Part shown: piece by piece, positions 9,057-18,371 of the stretch
Layout of the letters: each line of letters starts with the position of its first letter
Numbering within the stretch: position 1 is the first letter of the stretch
Virus record (IMG/VR): IMGVR_UViG_3300017782_000001
Strand: one strand, 5' to 3'
Source: a virus
DNA: 64,000 nt
Notes under the pieces: model-generated
Told to the model about the DNA's origin: nothing
The model's database searches: none
The model's input: only the letters and a program-made list of their open reading frames with translations
Translations under genes and position numbers: made by a program

Positions 9057-9615
9057 AGTATTCTTCTAGCTCCTTAAATAAATTGATTGCAAATTGAAAA
9101 CAAGTTTTAGCTTCATCAGCCATATCATCAGACAAATCTTCTCTAATGCTAGTAATTAATTCTTTTTTATTTTCGAAATTATACATAGTTGACCAAGAAT
9201 TAGGATCAGGGTTTTTTCCCATCCAGTCTATATTTTGTGGAGAAGGAATAGCTTTTGAAATCATTTGACCACCATACATATCCCCAAAATGTCTAACATA
9301 TATGTGTGCCAATACTTGCTTTCTTTTCATTTTACTACAATACTTAATGTACTTATTAACAGAAGGAAAAATCTTAGGTGAGAAATCATAAAAGCTTCGA
9401 TCATGCGCAATATTCATTGCGCGCTCCAGACCAGGAAGTTCTTCCAAAATACCAAAATGATCAGCCCTGTCTTCTAAAGCAAGATAACAAGCAACTTGAT
9501 TATTTAGGTATAGAGCATATTGCTCTGCTGTCATTTTATGAGACACCAGAAGCTTTGCCCACGGCATGTTCTCCGCTTCAAGGTGAATATCTTTTGTCAA
9601 TTCTTTAAGGGACAT
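9028..9615 (-). CDS. hemO: Heme oxygenase
   Basis: LKELTKDIHLEAE (proximal His), HIYVRHFGDMYGGQMI, DEAK.CF; ATG at 9615 with GGAG SD. Confidence 0.93.
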   Translation of the reverse strand: MSLKELTKDIHLEAENMPWAKLLVSHKMTAEQYALYLNNQVACYLALEDRADHFGILEELPGLERAMNIAHDRSFYDFSPKIFPSVNKYIKYCSKMKRKQVLAHIYVRHFGDMYGGQMISKAIPSPQNIDWMGKNPDPNSWSTMYNFENKKELITSIREDLSDDMADEAKTCFQFAINLFKELEEYYDVSEVNIS

Positions 9616-9625
9616 ATATAACTCC

Positions 9626-10507
9626 ATGATCCATGTTATTGGCGACATTATAATAGATGAGTACCTATTAGGTTCATCTACCAGATTATCACCTGAAGCA
9701 CCTATACCAGTTGTAGATCTAAAACGAAAGCGCTACTCTTTAGGTGGTGCTGGTAATGTATTTATGAACGTAAAATCTGCCACAGAAGACGTAAGTCTAT
9801 ATGGCTATATTGATGACGCTCATAGTTATATATTAAAGAAAATAAAGCCAAAGGGTAAAATTAGCGAATGTGATTTAATGCCGCTTAAAACAAGAATTGT
9901 AGCAAATGATCATATGTTAGTTAGAGTTGACACTGAAGAATATATTGAAGAAACAATTATCGAAGATTCTTTTTCAATTAAAAACGAATATGATATTGTA
10001 GTTTTATCAGATTATAATAAAGGGACTGTAAAAAACCCGCAGTCAATAATCACTAAAAGTAAAAGGTGTATTGTAGATCCAAAGGTATCATTAGATTATT
10101 ATAAAAATGCGTATGTGTTAAAACCAAACAAAAAAGAATTTGAAGACTATATTGGTGAAAGTAACCTATCGCCTAAACATCTGCTGGTGCACGCGCGGCG
10201 CGTGCGGGATGAGCTTAATGTAGATAATTTTATTGTTACTCTTGGATCAGAAGGTGTACTTTTAGTAGGAGATCAAATAGAACACTATCCTGCAACATCA
10301 ACAGAAGTTTCAGATGTCACTGGAGCAGGGGATACATTTACTGCAACATTAGCGATATGTTTATGGATGAACTTACCAGTGTATCTGGCAGTACGAATAA
10401 GTAATACTATGGCTGGAGAAGCTGTGAAAAGACATGGTACGTATTTGATTGATTATAACAAATTAGCAGAAGAGATAGAAAATGAAAAAATTATTAGTAA
10501 CAGGTGA
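9626..10507 (+). CDS. hldA: Heptose-7-phosphate kinase (HldA / RfaE domain I, PfkB family)
   Basis: VIGDIIIDEY..G...RLSPEAPIPVV, GGAGNV, LSDYNKG, KPNKKE, DVTGAGDT. Confidence 0.93.
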   Translation: MIHVIGDIIIDEYLLGSSTRLSPEAPIPVVDLKRKRYSLGGAGNVFMNVKSATEDVSLYGYIDDAHSYILKKIKPKGKISECDLMPLKTRIVANDHMLVRVDTEEYIEETIIEDSFSIKNEYDIVVLSDYNKGTVKNPQSIITKSKRCIVDPKVSLDYYKNAYVLKPNKKEFEDYIGESNLSPKHLLVHARRVRDELNVDNFIVTLGSEGVLLVGDQIEHYPATSTEVSDVTGAGDTFTATLAICLWMNLPVYLAVRISNTMAGEAVKRHGTYLIDYNKLAEEIENEKIISNR

Positions 10508-11312
10508 TAAAGGTTTTATCGGAAAGCGTGTTGCCGAACAATTTTACGGCGCTGGTTGGAACGTTGATGGATGCGATTATAATGAGGCAGTACCAAATGT
10601 TTCAGGGTACGATTTAGTAATTCATTTAGGAGCTATATCATCTACTAATAACAGAGATGCTGAAGCAATATACAAACAAAATTATCAGTATAGTATAGAT
10701 CTTATGAATAGTTGCCTTATAGACAATGTACATTTTCAGTATGCTTCATCTGCAAGCGTCTATGGTACAAACACAAACTTTGAAGAAGATTCTCCAAAAA
10801 ATCCTCAAAGTGGCTATGCATGGTCAAAGTTTTATTTAGATCAGTACGCTGAAAAGGTTATGAGCTTTCCAACTTCTAGTACTATACAAGGATTTAGATA
10901 TTTTAATGTGTATGGTGCTGGAGAAGAACATAAATTACAACCTTCGCCTATTACGTTTTTTACTAATCAGGCAAAAGAAACAGGGATAATTAAAGTATTT
11001 GAAGATAGCGCAAATTTTAAGAGAGATTTTATAAACGTATTTGATATTTGTAGTTTACACTTAGCGTTAGCAGAAAAGCCTGAGTCTGGAATTTTTAATG
11101 TTGGAACAGGATCTACTGTAAGCTTTCAAGAAGTTGCAATACAAGTTGCTGAAAAATATGGTGCTGAAGTTGTAGAAGTTCCTATGCCAAATGATATTAA
11201 AGATCAATACCAAAAATATACGTGCGCAGATTTAACTAAATTAAATAAAATAATTCCACATAAAGATTGGTGTGAGTGGACAGTAGCGGAATATATTGAC
11301 AATGCCTTATAA
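10482..11312 (+). CDS. hldD: ADP-L-glycero-D-manno-heptose-6-epimerase
   Basis: TGDKGFIG, HLGAISST, YASSASVYG, YAWSK, RYFNVYG.GE.HK, RDFI, YQKYTCAD. Confidence 0.88.
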   Translation: MKKLLVTGDKGFIGKRVAEQFYGAGWNVDGCDYNEAVPNVSGYDLVIHLGAISSTNNRDAEAIYKQNYQYSIDLMNSCLIDNVHFQYASSASVYGTNTNFEEDSPKNPQSGYAWSKFYLDQYAEKVMSFPTSSTIQGFRYFNVYGAGEEHKLQPSPITFFTNQAKETGIIKVFEDSANFKRDFINVFDICSLHLALAEKPESGIFNVGTGSTVSFQEVAIQVAEKYGAEVVEVPMPNDIKDQYQKYTCADLTKLNKIIPHKDWCEWTVAEYIDNAL

Positions 11313-11940
11313 TATGTGGGGTGAAACCCCTGTAGACCAAGAACAAGCCACCAACGAAGACTTTAATTTAACTGACAAAGAACGCTTGGCAAAATACACT
11401 AAACCAATAGTTTGTTTTGATAGAGAAGGCGTATTGTTTGAATACAAAGAAGCTATAACTTCACGAGAAGAAGCCATTCCTATTAAAAGCTCGTTTGAAG
11501 CAATTGGTCTTATCCGAAGAAAAGGATATAAAATTGCTATGATTCATGATCAACCTGGAGTTTCTAAAAATTTAGTTACACACGAGCAAGTTGAAGATAT
11601 AAATGCATACGTAATTGAACTGCTTGGCGAATCAAATTGCCCTAGCATTGATTGTATTTTATACAATGAAAGTAATGAAAAGTTTGATTATTATGGTAAA
11701 CCAAATAATGGTATGTTTTTAAGAATGCGTGACGAATTTGGTGTGCCATTCAAAGATGGATATTATATTGGACACGAATATCTTGATATTAAAATGGCAA
11801 AGAAATCTCAGCTGAAACCTGTGGCATTCCGCTTTTCTCCAGAAGATTTGAAAAAGTTGAACAGCTTTGCAATGAAAGACATAAAACGAAAAACAAAATT
11901 GGTCGATGATCTAATGGATTTTGCACATTCATTACCTTAA
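11302..11940 (+). CDS. GmhB-like HAD phosphatase with altered catalytic motifs
   Basis: FDREGVL (canonical DRDG), HDQPGV (TNQSG), KPNNGMF, YIGHEYLD (IGDxxxD); adjacent to hldD. Confidence 0.75.
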   Translation: MPYNMWGETPVDQEQATNEDFNLTDKERLAKYTKPIVCFDREGVLFEYKEAITSREEAIPIKSSFEAIGLIRRKGYKIAMIHDQPGVSKNLVTHEQVEDINAYVIELLGESNCPSIDCILYNESNEKFDYYGKPNNGMFLRMRDEFGVPFKDGYYIGHEYLDIKMAKKSQLKPVAFRFSPEDLKKLNSFAMKDIKRKTKLVDDLMDFAHSLP

Positions 11941-11966
11941 AAAAAGGGGGGACTTTGTCCCCCCTT
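11939..11966 (-). terminator. Intrinsic terminator between convergent genes
   Basis: AAGGGGGGAC-TTT-GTCCCCCCTT hairpin with an A-run on the left, i.e. a U-tract on the - strand. Confidence 0.85.
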
Positions 11967-11989
11967 GCTGCATGATGAGGTGCAACTCA

Positions 11990-12565
11990 TTATACAAAAT
12001 CAGGTCCGCGGACCCAACCTACAAGAGCTCTTCTTGTTCCTTTAGTAACAGGAGAAACTCTATGTAGAAGATATGAAGGAAATAACATTATATCCCATTT
12101 ATTCATAGGAATAGAAACTGGTTCTGGTCCTGTGAATAATTCAAAATCTCCTCCTTCAAAATCATCATTTAGTAAAATAGAAAAGGATAACTTTCTACCT
12201 TGTCCTTCACCATCTTTTAGCATATTATCAATATGCCAAGTGTAATGTCCATTTTCTGGGTATTCACTATATTGTAAGCTTTCAATATAATTCAAAGCAA
12301 AAGAATATTTTCCATTATTACTCATTTCAATTTTATGAGCTATATCATAGTAAATGTGTCGAGTATCTTCAGTTGCTTCAATCCATAATATATCAGATTT
12401 TCTTATGGAGCTATCGTTTCCATCTTTTTCAGGATTATTAATTTCAGCAGGCTGTGTATCATTAGCTTCAATATAGTTAACTAACTGGTTTATCCCATCT
12501 TTTGAAAAGCAATTAGGAATAATGGTTTCCCAAGAAGTTGGATTAGGATCTCTAAGAGCTAGCAT
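11990..12565 (-). CDS. 2OG-Fe(II) oxygenase (PKHD / prolyl-4-hydroxylase-like)
   Basis: WHID, RKLSFSILL, FEGGDF, FPSYLLHRVSPVTKGTRRALVGW. Confidence 0.92.
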   Translation of the reverse strand: MLALRDPNPTSWETIIPNCFSKDGINQLVNYIEANDTQPAEINNPEKDGNDSSIRKSDILWIEATEDTRHIYYDIAHKIEMSNNGKYSFALNYIESLQYSEYPENGHYTWHIDNMLKDGEGQGRKLSFSILLNDDFEGGDFELFTGPEPVSIPMNKWDIMLFPSYLLHRVSPVTKGTRRALVGWVRGPDFV

Positions 12566-14370
12566 TAATTAGGCACCTTTACAATTTTACCAATTTCTGG
12601 AAAATAACAATATTCAATATCAGAATTTTCAAGAGTCCTAATAGCATCATTTATAGTTTCAACTAAAGGCTCACCACCAAGATTAAATGAAGTGTTGAAT
12701 ACAATAGGCATACCTGTTTTACGCTTAAATTCTTTAATTAGCGCGTGATAAGATGGATTTTCTTTTTCACTTACTGTTTGAATTCTACACGATCCATCGG
12801 TATGAATAATGCTTGGAATTTTTGCTTCAACACCTTCTTTACAATTTACGGCGTACATCATATGCGGAGTTTTTTCCATGCCCCTTAAATCAAACCAATC
12901 ATGTACATCTTCTTCAAGAATTGTTCCTGCAAACGGCCTGAAATACTCACGATTTTTTACTAGATTAACGTAGTCTTTGCCATCTTCAAATGAAGGATCA
13001 AACAAAATAGATCTATTACCTAAAGCTCTAGGTCCATTTTCAGATTTCCCTTGAAAGATTGTCACAATATTCTTTTGTGTTAACAAATCTACTACACCTT
13101 GATTATCACAATCATAAATTGTATCACCTTCTGAAAGAAGACTTTTTATATCGTTTTCATCATAATCATATTCAGGTCCTAAGTATAACGTACTTCCATA
13201 ATCTCTAATTTCTTCATCATTAGAAATTAAGTAGTGATGATAAAGTGCTGCACCAATCGCAGTACCTGCATCATTAGAAACTGGCTCTACATATAATTCA
13301 ATTTCTTCGTCTTTAAGTTGTTCAAGGAACCAATAGTTAGCAACACAATTCAAAGCATATCCGCCTGAAATAACAACATTTCTCTTACCTGTCATTTCAA
13401 CAGCTTTTCTAATAAGCTTCAAAAGTTCTTCTTGTGTTTCTATTTGACATTTGTAAGCAACATCTCTAGCAATATTTGTTTTAGTCATATCGCCTTGACA
13501 GCTTTTCATTTCTTCTTCTGTAGGCTGGAATTGACTATAGAACATAGCATTCAAAAACGCTGCATTAGGCGTATTTGGCGTAAAAATATTTCTATTAAAT
13601 GAGCCTGGGATAGGAGAATCTGGATCAAAGAACGGAGGTAGATTTTTATTTGGTAAACCATAAGGAAATAAACCCATTGTTTTACCAGCTTCAATTGGCT
13701 GCCAACCAAGATATTGTGTAATAGCTTCGTAAACTTTAGTAATTCCGCCTCTATCATCAACAGCTAGTTCAATTTCATTTCCAGGTTCACCAATAAACTC
13801 TGCATCTCTTTTTCCAATTTGAGGAAAAATTGGATTTCTACAACCAACATGTTTATACTTTGTTTGGAAAACTGCAGGATAAGCACATTCAATAATAGAT
13901 TCATATTCCCATACAGTTTCTTCGCCTGCAATTGGATCTTTATAATTTAGCATAGATCCAGCACCATCTGCAATAACAGCAACAGCGTCTTCAAATGGAG
14001 ATCTATAAAACGCTGCAGCAGCATGCATTTTGTGGTGATTATCGGAAACTTCAATTACTTGAGGATGTTCACCACCGTATTCATCTCTAGCATCAATTAA
14101 ATGCATTTTACGAGCAAGACCAGTATATACATCATCTCCACTAAAATCTACTTTAGCTCCCATATACAAAGGTTGAGTATGAGAAATGATCAGATAATCA
14201 ATTTTATCGGTATATTCTTTAATTTTCATCATAGCAGCATAAGGGCCACCATCATATTTTTTACGAGAAAGTCTTTCTTCTTCAATAGCAAAAACAACTT
14301 CACCGTTTTTCAATAGACACACTGCAGCGTTATGACCTCTTGAAATACCAGCAATCCAAAAATCTTTCAT
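12565..14370 (-). CDS. Carbamoyltransferase, full-length NodU/CmcH/TobZ family
   Basis: IEEERLSRKK, HHKMHA, DGAGS, AGKTMGL, GGYALNC, GPRALGNRSIL, REYFRPFA, NTSFNLGGEP. Confidence 0.95.
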   Translation of the reverse strand: MKDFWIAGISRGHNAAVCLLKNGEVVFAIEEERLSRKKYDGGPYAAMMKIKEYTDKIDYLIISHTQPLYMGAKVDFSGDDVYTGLARKMHLIDARDEYGGEHPQVIEVSDNHHKMHAAAAFYRSPFEDAVAVIADGAGSMLNYKDPIAGEETVWEYESIIECAYPAVFQTKYKHVGCRNPIFPQIGKRDAEFIGEPGNEIELAVDDRGGITKVYEAITQYLGWQPIEAGKTMGLFPYGLPNKNLPPFFDPDSPIPGSFNRNIFTPNTPNAAFLNAMFYSQFQPTEEEMKSCQGDMTKTNIARDVAYKCQIETQEELLKLIRKAVEMTGKRNVVISGGYALNCVANYWFLEQLKDEEIELYVEPVSNDAGTAIGAALYHHYLISNDEEIRDYGSTLYLGPEYDYDENDIKSLLSEGDTIYDCDNQGVVDLLTQKNIVTIFQGKSENGPRALGNRSILFDPSFEDGKDYVNLVKNREYFRPFAGTILEEDVHDWFDLRGMEKTPHMMYAVNCKEGVEAKIPSIIHTDGSCRIQTVSEKENPSYHALIKEFKRKTGMPIVFNTSFNLGGEPLVETINDAIRTLENSDIEYCYFPEIGKIVKVPN

Positions 14371-15323
14371 TATGTTCTCCCAGCAGCTGCTGCTACTTTA
14401 GCATCTACTTCTTTACAAATTTCTCTAACTGCGGCATCATCTAGATACATAAGTCTGTCGTGTGCACGCGCATATTCATCTTCCATAGTAATACGGATAG
14501 GGTCATATCTACGCTTTCCTTCGCCTAAATCAAGAACCTGAAAGGTTTTTGAATCTGGATAAGAAATATTCTCAGGATATGTTGAACCTACAACTACAAC
14601 AGAAGGAACATCTAATGCATAAGCCATGTGCTGTCCTACACTATCACAACCGATAAAACAATCTGCCGCATTAATAATTCCAGCCCAATGTCTTAAAGGA
14701 GCACCTTCAGGTTGAGCGACTGGTTGATTACATCCTAGCTTTTGATAATCTGTAGGAAACTCAGACATTAAAATAATAGCGTATTTTTCTTGAAGTTTTT
14801 TAATAACTTTTACAACATCATCCGGTCTAAATGATCTTCCTCCAGGATCAGCAATCGTATCACCAAAGGGTTGTGTAGATCTACCGAAAGGTTGAAAAAC
14901 AATTAATCTTTGTTTAGAAGTTTTTTCTTTTACTTCACGAACAACCGCAGCTCCTTCTAAACCTTCAGGTGTATTAAGCACAAGAGTAGGTTTATTCATA
15001 GGCCTTACGCCTTTAGAGCTCATCTCAATATCAAAAGCTTGAGTGATATTTGCTTTTTGGTTATAATACTCCCAAATACGATATGGCTCAAGACTTACAC
15101 AATCTCTAGATTTGATCTTTTCTTCAAAAAGACCTTTATGCCAATTATCAAATACTCGTTTATGGAGAGTTGGGTGGCCATGGAACATGTCAGTTCCGCC
15201 TTCACAGATAATGATAAAATCATCATCTGGATTTTCTTTTTCATACATTTCGAAAGCTGGAATAGAGCTAATAACTCTACCGGCGCCTCCGTTGACGAAG
15301 AACGCCTTTGATCTATTTTTCAC
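14370..15323 (-). CDS. GT9-family (ADP-heptose heptosyltransferase-like) glycosyltransferase
   Basis: GGAGRVISSIPA, IVFQPFG, LRHWAGIINAADCFIGCDSVGQHMAYALDVPSVVVVGST (GT9 DSGxxHxAxA-like motif); GTG start at 15323 after GAGGT. Confidence 0.8.
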   Translation of the reverse strand: MKNRSKAFFVNGGAGRVISSIPAFEMYEKENPDDDFIIICEGGTDMFHGHPTLHKRVFDNWHKGLFEEKIKSRDCVSLEPYRIWEYYNQKANITQAFDIEMSSKGVRPMNKPTLVLNTPEGLEGAAVVREVKEKTSKQRLIVFQPFGRSTQPFGDTIADPGGRSFRPDDVVKVIKKLQEKYAIILMSEFPTDYQKLGCNQPVAQPEGAPLRHWAGIINAADCFIGCDSVGQHMAYALDVPSVVVVGSTYPENISYPDSKTFQVLDLGEGKRRYDPIRITMEDEYARAHDRLMYLDDAAVREICKEVDAKVAAAAGRT

Positions 15324-15346
15324 TTTTTGCACCTCACGTGAACATT

Positions 15347-15386
15347 TATTTAGTAATATTATACAACATTTTTTAACCATTGTACA
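15347..15386 (-). promoter_or_regulatory. Tandem sigma70-like (TGTACA-N17-TATAAT, 15358-15386) and late-type (CTAAATA, 15347-15353) promoters for the GT9-carbamoyltransferase-oxygenase operon
   Basis: Both motifs are read directly in the intergenic gap. Confidence 0.7.
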
Positions 15387-15409
15387 GGATTATGTATAAC
15401 GGTTAAAAA
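15370..15409. repeat. Imperfect 17-bp inverted repeat overlapping the -35 box (possible terminator or operator)
   Basis: TTTTTAACCATTGTACA-GGATTA-TGTATAACGGTTAAAAA. Confidence 0.5.
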
Positions 15410-15417
15410 TATATTTT

Positions 15418-16185
15418 TTAGACTACGAGTCTTCCATTGGAATCGTATGTTCCTCCAGATACTCCACCAGGATCGCCTCCTGCAACATCTGGCTCTTCAG
15501 ATCCATTATCAACAGCACTAGGATCTGCTTGCCCTGGGAACATTGCTGTTACTACATTGTGCGGCATTAAGCCTGCAGCTTTGTATTTTGCAATTTTATT
15601 TACATTATCGCTATCCCAGTCTTCCCAAGCCTGTTTAACATCTGCAGATAAAGCATTCCATGTTTCAGTATCTGCTTTTGTGTCAAGATAAAGATCGTGG
15701 CATGATGCTAAACTACCTTCAACACTTGTCCAAGATATAAAAGGAGGGAAATATGGCAGAGGTCTTTTTAGTTTATTAGTTTCAACATCCCACTTAACCT
15801 TGTTTCTATCATATGTATGATCAGGTGCCGGCGGATGAATTCTTTTGTAAACTAATCCATCTGGCAGTGTGATTGACTTATGAGGAAAAACGTTAGAATC
15901 TCCTAAATCAGAATCAGGATTCGGGTCATACATTGATGCAATTAATGCGCCTTCTGCAGTATTTGTATCAATTAAAAAGTGCCACTCATCCTCGGATAAA
16001 GTATCTTCAAAGTTATCTGGATCGTTGAGCGCTGTTACGTTTTGGACAATATATGAAGCATTACATTCTACATCATAGAATCTAGGACCTTTCCAAGTCC
16101 ATGATGCGGATGAATCATTGTCATCTGTTAAATGAGTATAGTCATCTGCTACTTTATAAGTAAATTGTTTAGTTGTTTTTTCCAT
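15418..16185 (-). CDS. Hypothetical acidic protein closing the Cys-rich array (possible fibre-associated protein or chaperone)
   Basis: ATG at 16185 overlaps the upstream stop (TAATG); about 5 DS motifs. Confidence 0.7.
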   Translation of the reverse strand: MEKTTKQFTYKVADDYTHLTDDNDSSASWTWKGPRFYDVECNASYIVQNVTALNDPDNFEDTLSEDEWHFLIDTNTAEGALIASMYDPNPDSDLGDSNVFPHKSITLPDGLVYKRIHPPAPDHTYDRNKVKWDVETNKLKRPLPYFPPFISWTSVEGSLASCHDLYLDTKADTETWNALSADVKQAWEDWDSDNVNKIAKYKAAGLMPHNVVTAMFPGQADPSAVDNGSEEPDVAGGDPGGVSGGTYDSNGRLVV

Positions 16186-17114
16186 TAGTCGTCTGCCCAA
16201 TCCCCGTCCCAAGTAATTCTAATAGCACCGTAAGATCCTTTTTCACCACAACAACATGGGGCGGCGTATGTTGCAGCTGATAGTCCACCTTCTCCAGGAA
16301 GTCTAGAATACCAAGATGATCCAATTGTTGAGTGTGCCATTCTTCCTGATGCACCATCATGAATATCCATGAAACATTGACAATAGTACATAAGACCTTT
16401 ATGGTGTACACCACCTTTAGCGGCTCGGTTAAACATATGCCAACCGCCTGGGAAAGCAAGTCCTGTTTTAATACCACAGGCGTTTGCTTCTTGCCAAGAT
16501 CCACAACAACCTACCTGGGCCCATGAATGAGAACCACAAGATCCTGTTTCAGTGCCGTAATATTTAGCAACTCTATATGGATCAGAGTCAGATTCACCAA
16601 CTCTACGTCCAAGCAAATCACACATGTACATATATTCGTTATGTCTATAGTTTACAAAGAAATAACAACACGTTACGCCAGGATTACCACCTTCTGCACA
16701 AAAATTAGTAAGGCCATCACCCATAATATATGTTTTACCACCTCTAAATCCGCATTGATGGTTTGCTGTACAAAAGTAACAACACTGCTTGTCAATAGGA
16801 TTACATGCAATATAACATTGACCTGGAGTTACATTAATAGTTTTATATGCGTAAGCACCGGAGCCACCTGGAATGCCTTGTTGACAACATGCAGCTCCTG
16901 CTCCATTACCACCAGCGCCCCAAATTTCAAAGGTCGCTAGGCGTGCTCCTTGTGGAACTTTCCAATGGAATCTATCTACGCCTCTTTCGTTAGTGACTTG
17001 ATCAGCACCGTGACTCCACCCTTCAGGACCGGGTTTCCAGAATACGGTCTGACCGTGAAATCTACCAATTGCCATATCTGTGGCCGGTAGAAGGGTTCTG
17101 AGTTTTTTAGCCAT
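16185..17114 (-). CDS. Cys/Gly-rich virion-type protein, paralogue 6
   Basis: FEIWGAGGNGAGAACC..G.PGGSGAYAYK, NFCAEGG, C-terminal PCCCG..G..GAIRITW; resembles the phage fibre Gly-rich domain. Confidence 0.75.
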   Translation of the reverse strand: MAKKLRTLLPATDMAIGRFHGQTVFWKPGPEGWSHGADQVTNERGVDRFHWKVPQGARLATFEIWGAGGNGAGAACCQQGIPGGSGAYAYKTINVTPGQCYIACNPIDKQCCYFCTANHQCGFRGGKTYIMGDGLTNFCAEGGNPGVTCCYFFVNYRHNEYMYMCDLLGRRVGESDSDPYRVAKYYGTETGSCGSHSWAQVGCCGSWQEANACGIKTGLAFPGGWHMFNRAAKGGVHHKGLMYYCQCFMDIHDGASGRMAHSTIGSSWYSRLPGEGGLSAATYAAPCCCGEKGSYGAIRITWDGDWADD

Positions 17115-17140
17115 TCTTTACACCTTTACAATACTAAAGC

Positions 17141-17159
17141 TATTTATACTTTATTTATA
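17141..17159 (-). promoter_or_regulatory. Two tandem late promoter motifs (TATAAATA at 17141-17148 and 17152-17159)
   Basis: Exact motifs upstream of the 17114 start. Confidence 0.75.
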
Positions 17160-18371
17160 CTTTACTACAACTAATCCTTGCCCAGACCAGCCACCACAAC
17201 ATATACCATTACCTCCGCAATGTTTACCTGTAGCACCTCCAAAGCCAGCGGTTCTAATATTCGAATAACATAACTGGTTATTTGAGCCATTATGACATAA
17301 GTACCATTGACTCCATTGGTAACCGCCTCTTGCCATAGAACTATTTATAGAAGTATGATTAAACATCGCCACTCCAGTCCTAGGACATGAGACTGACGAA
17401 TAATATTTATTTGAACATGACCAATCTGAGCATCCATTATAACATTCAGAAGCAACATGTCCAGCCATTTGAGATGGATCACCACTAGGTTGATGCATAA
17501 CATCTCTCATTGCATTTTGGAAGGTTCTTACACATGTACCCCATGCTGCGCATCTTTCACCGTGATGGACATCGCACCGAAATTGAGTATCATGGTATCC
17601 TTGGTTAATAAGACATCTTCCCTTTGGAACACAGTTTTTGTTGTTTCTTATAAATCCTGCATATTTACCTGTCATCCAAGGGCGTCTTTTGTCAGAACTT
17701 AAATTATCAAACGATTCCATTCCTCTACCCGCTGGAAAGCCTCCATTATGATGACATCCATACTTATACAGAGTATGTTGCCGACCTGGTGAACTATCAC
17801 TATCGTTTTCTACTGCTCTTAGCCTGCTAGGACCACCTTGTCCGGTTCTATCATAGCAACAATAATCAAAGAAACATTGAGAAGCACCACACATGCCGCC
17901 GCATACACACAGACTTCCTTGGTTTTGTTTCCAATCATCAATGTGACTATGTTTACCATAATAAGTTGAAAATACACCACTAAAACACCCGTGGTTCCCT
18001 TGCCTTCTTGAAATACAACATCCACCGTGAGAAACAACATAGCAAAAAACTTCGCCTGGTTGTACATCCATGCAAGCTCTTCCATAAGCACCACCAGAGC
18101 CAGGTACACCTTGAGTACAACAGCACCCACCGCCACCTCGGCCACCAGCACTCCAAACATCGATAATCGCTGATTTAGGTAATGGTTCGTATAAATTACC
18201 TTGACTTTGTGTTACACCATGAATACAAAACCGGCCGCATTCAGATCCATATATAGGATCCCAATAGCTACTTGCTTCACATCTTTGTTCGTAAAAAATT
18301 GCTTCACAATAATCTGCTGTAGGCGTTACGTCAGCTAATCCAGGAGCAAAATTTCTTAAGTATTTAGCCAT
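17151..18371 (-). CDS. Cys/Gly-rich virion-type protein, paralogue 5
   Basis: MAKYLRNFAPGLADVTPT.DYCEAIF, WSAGG.GGG.CCC, LCHNGSNNQLCYSNIRT, ICCGGWSG. Confidence 0.8.
   Translation of the reverse strand: MAKYLRNFAPGLADVTPTADYCEAIFYEQRCEASSYWDPIYGSECGRFCIHGVTQSQGNLYEPLPKSAIIDVWSAGGRGGGGCCCTQGVPGSGGAYGRACMDVQPGEVFCYVVSHGGCCISRRQGNHGCFSGVFSTYYGKHSHIDDWKQNQGSLCVCGGMCGASQCFFDYCCYDRTGQGGPSRLRAVENDSDSSPGRQHTLYKYGCHHNGGFPAGRGMESFDNLSSDKRRPWMTGKYAGFIRNNKNCVPKGRCLINQGYHDTQFRCDVHHGERCAAWGTCVRTFQNAMRDVMHQPSGDPSQMAGHVASECYNGCSDWSCSNKYYSSVSCPRTGVAMFNHTSINSSMARGGYQWSQWYLCHNGSNNQLCYSNIRTAGFGGATGKHCGGNGICCGGWSGQGLVVVKYK

Noticed and set aside
8367-9615. Cyanophage ho1-pebS/pcyA cassette implying a cyanobacterial host
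   Set aside because: The reductase motifs (GAFHDFSP, QNPHTPRVM) fit the PcyX type, and no photosynthesis genes are present in the window
6744-15323. Bacterial LPS locus (contaminant or chimeric assembly)
   Set aside because: The genes are interleaved with phage late promoters, have similar AT richness, and share regulatory sequence with gp13
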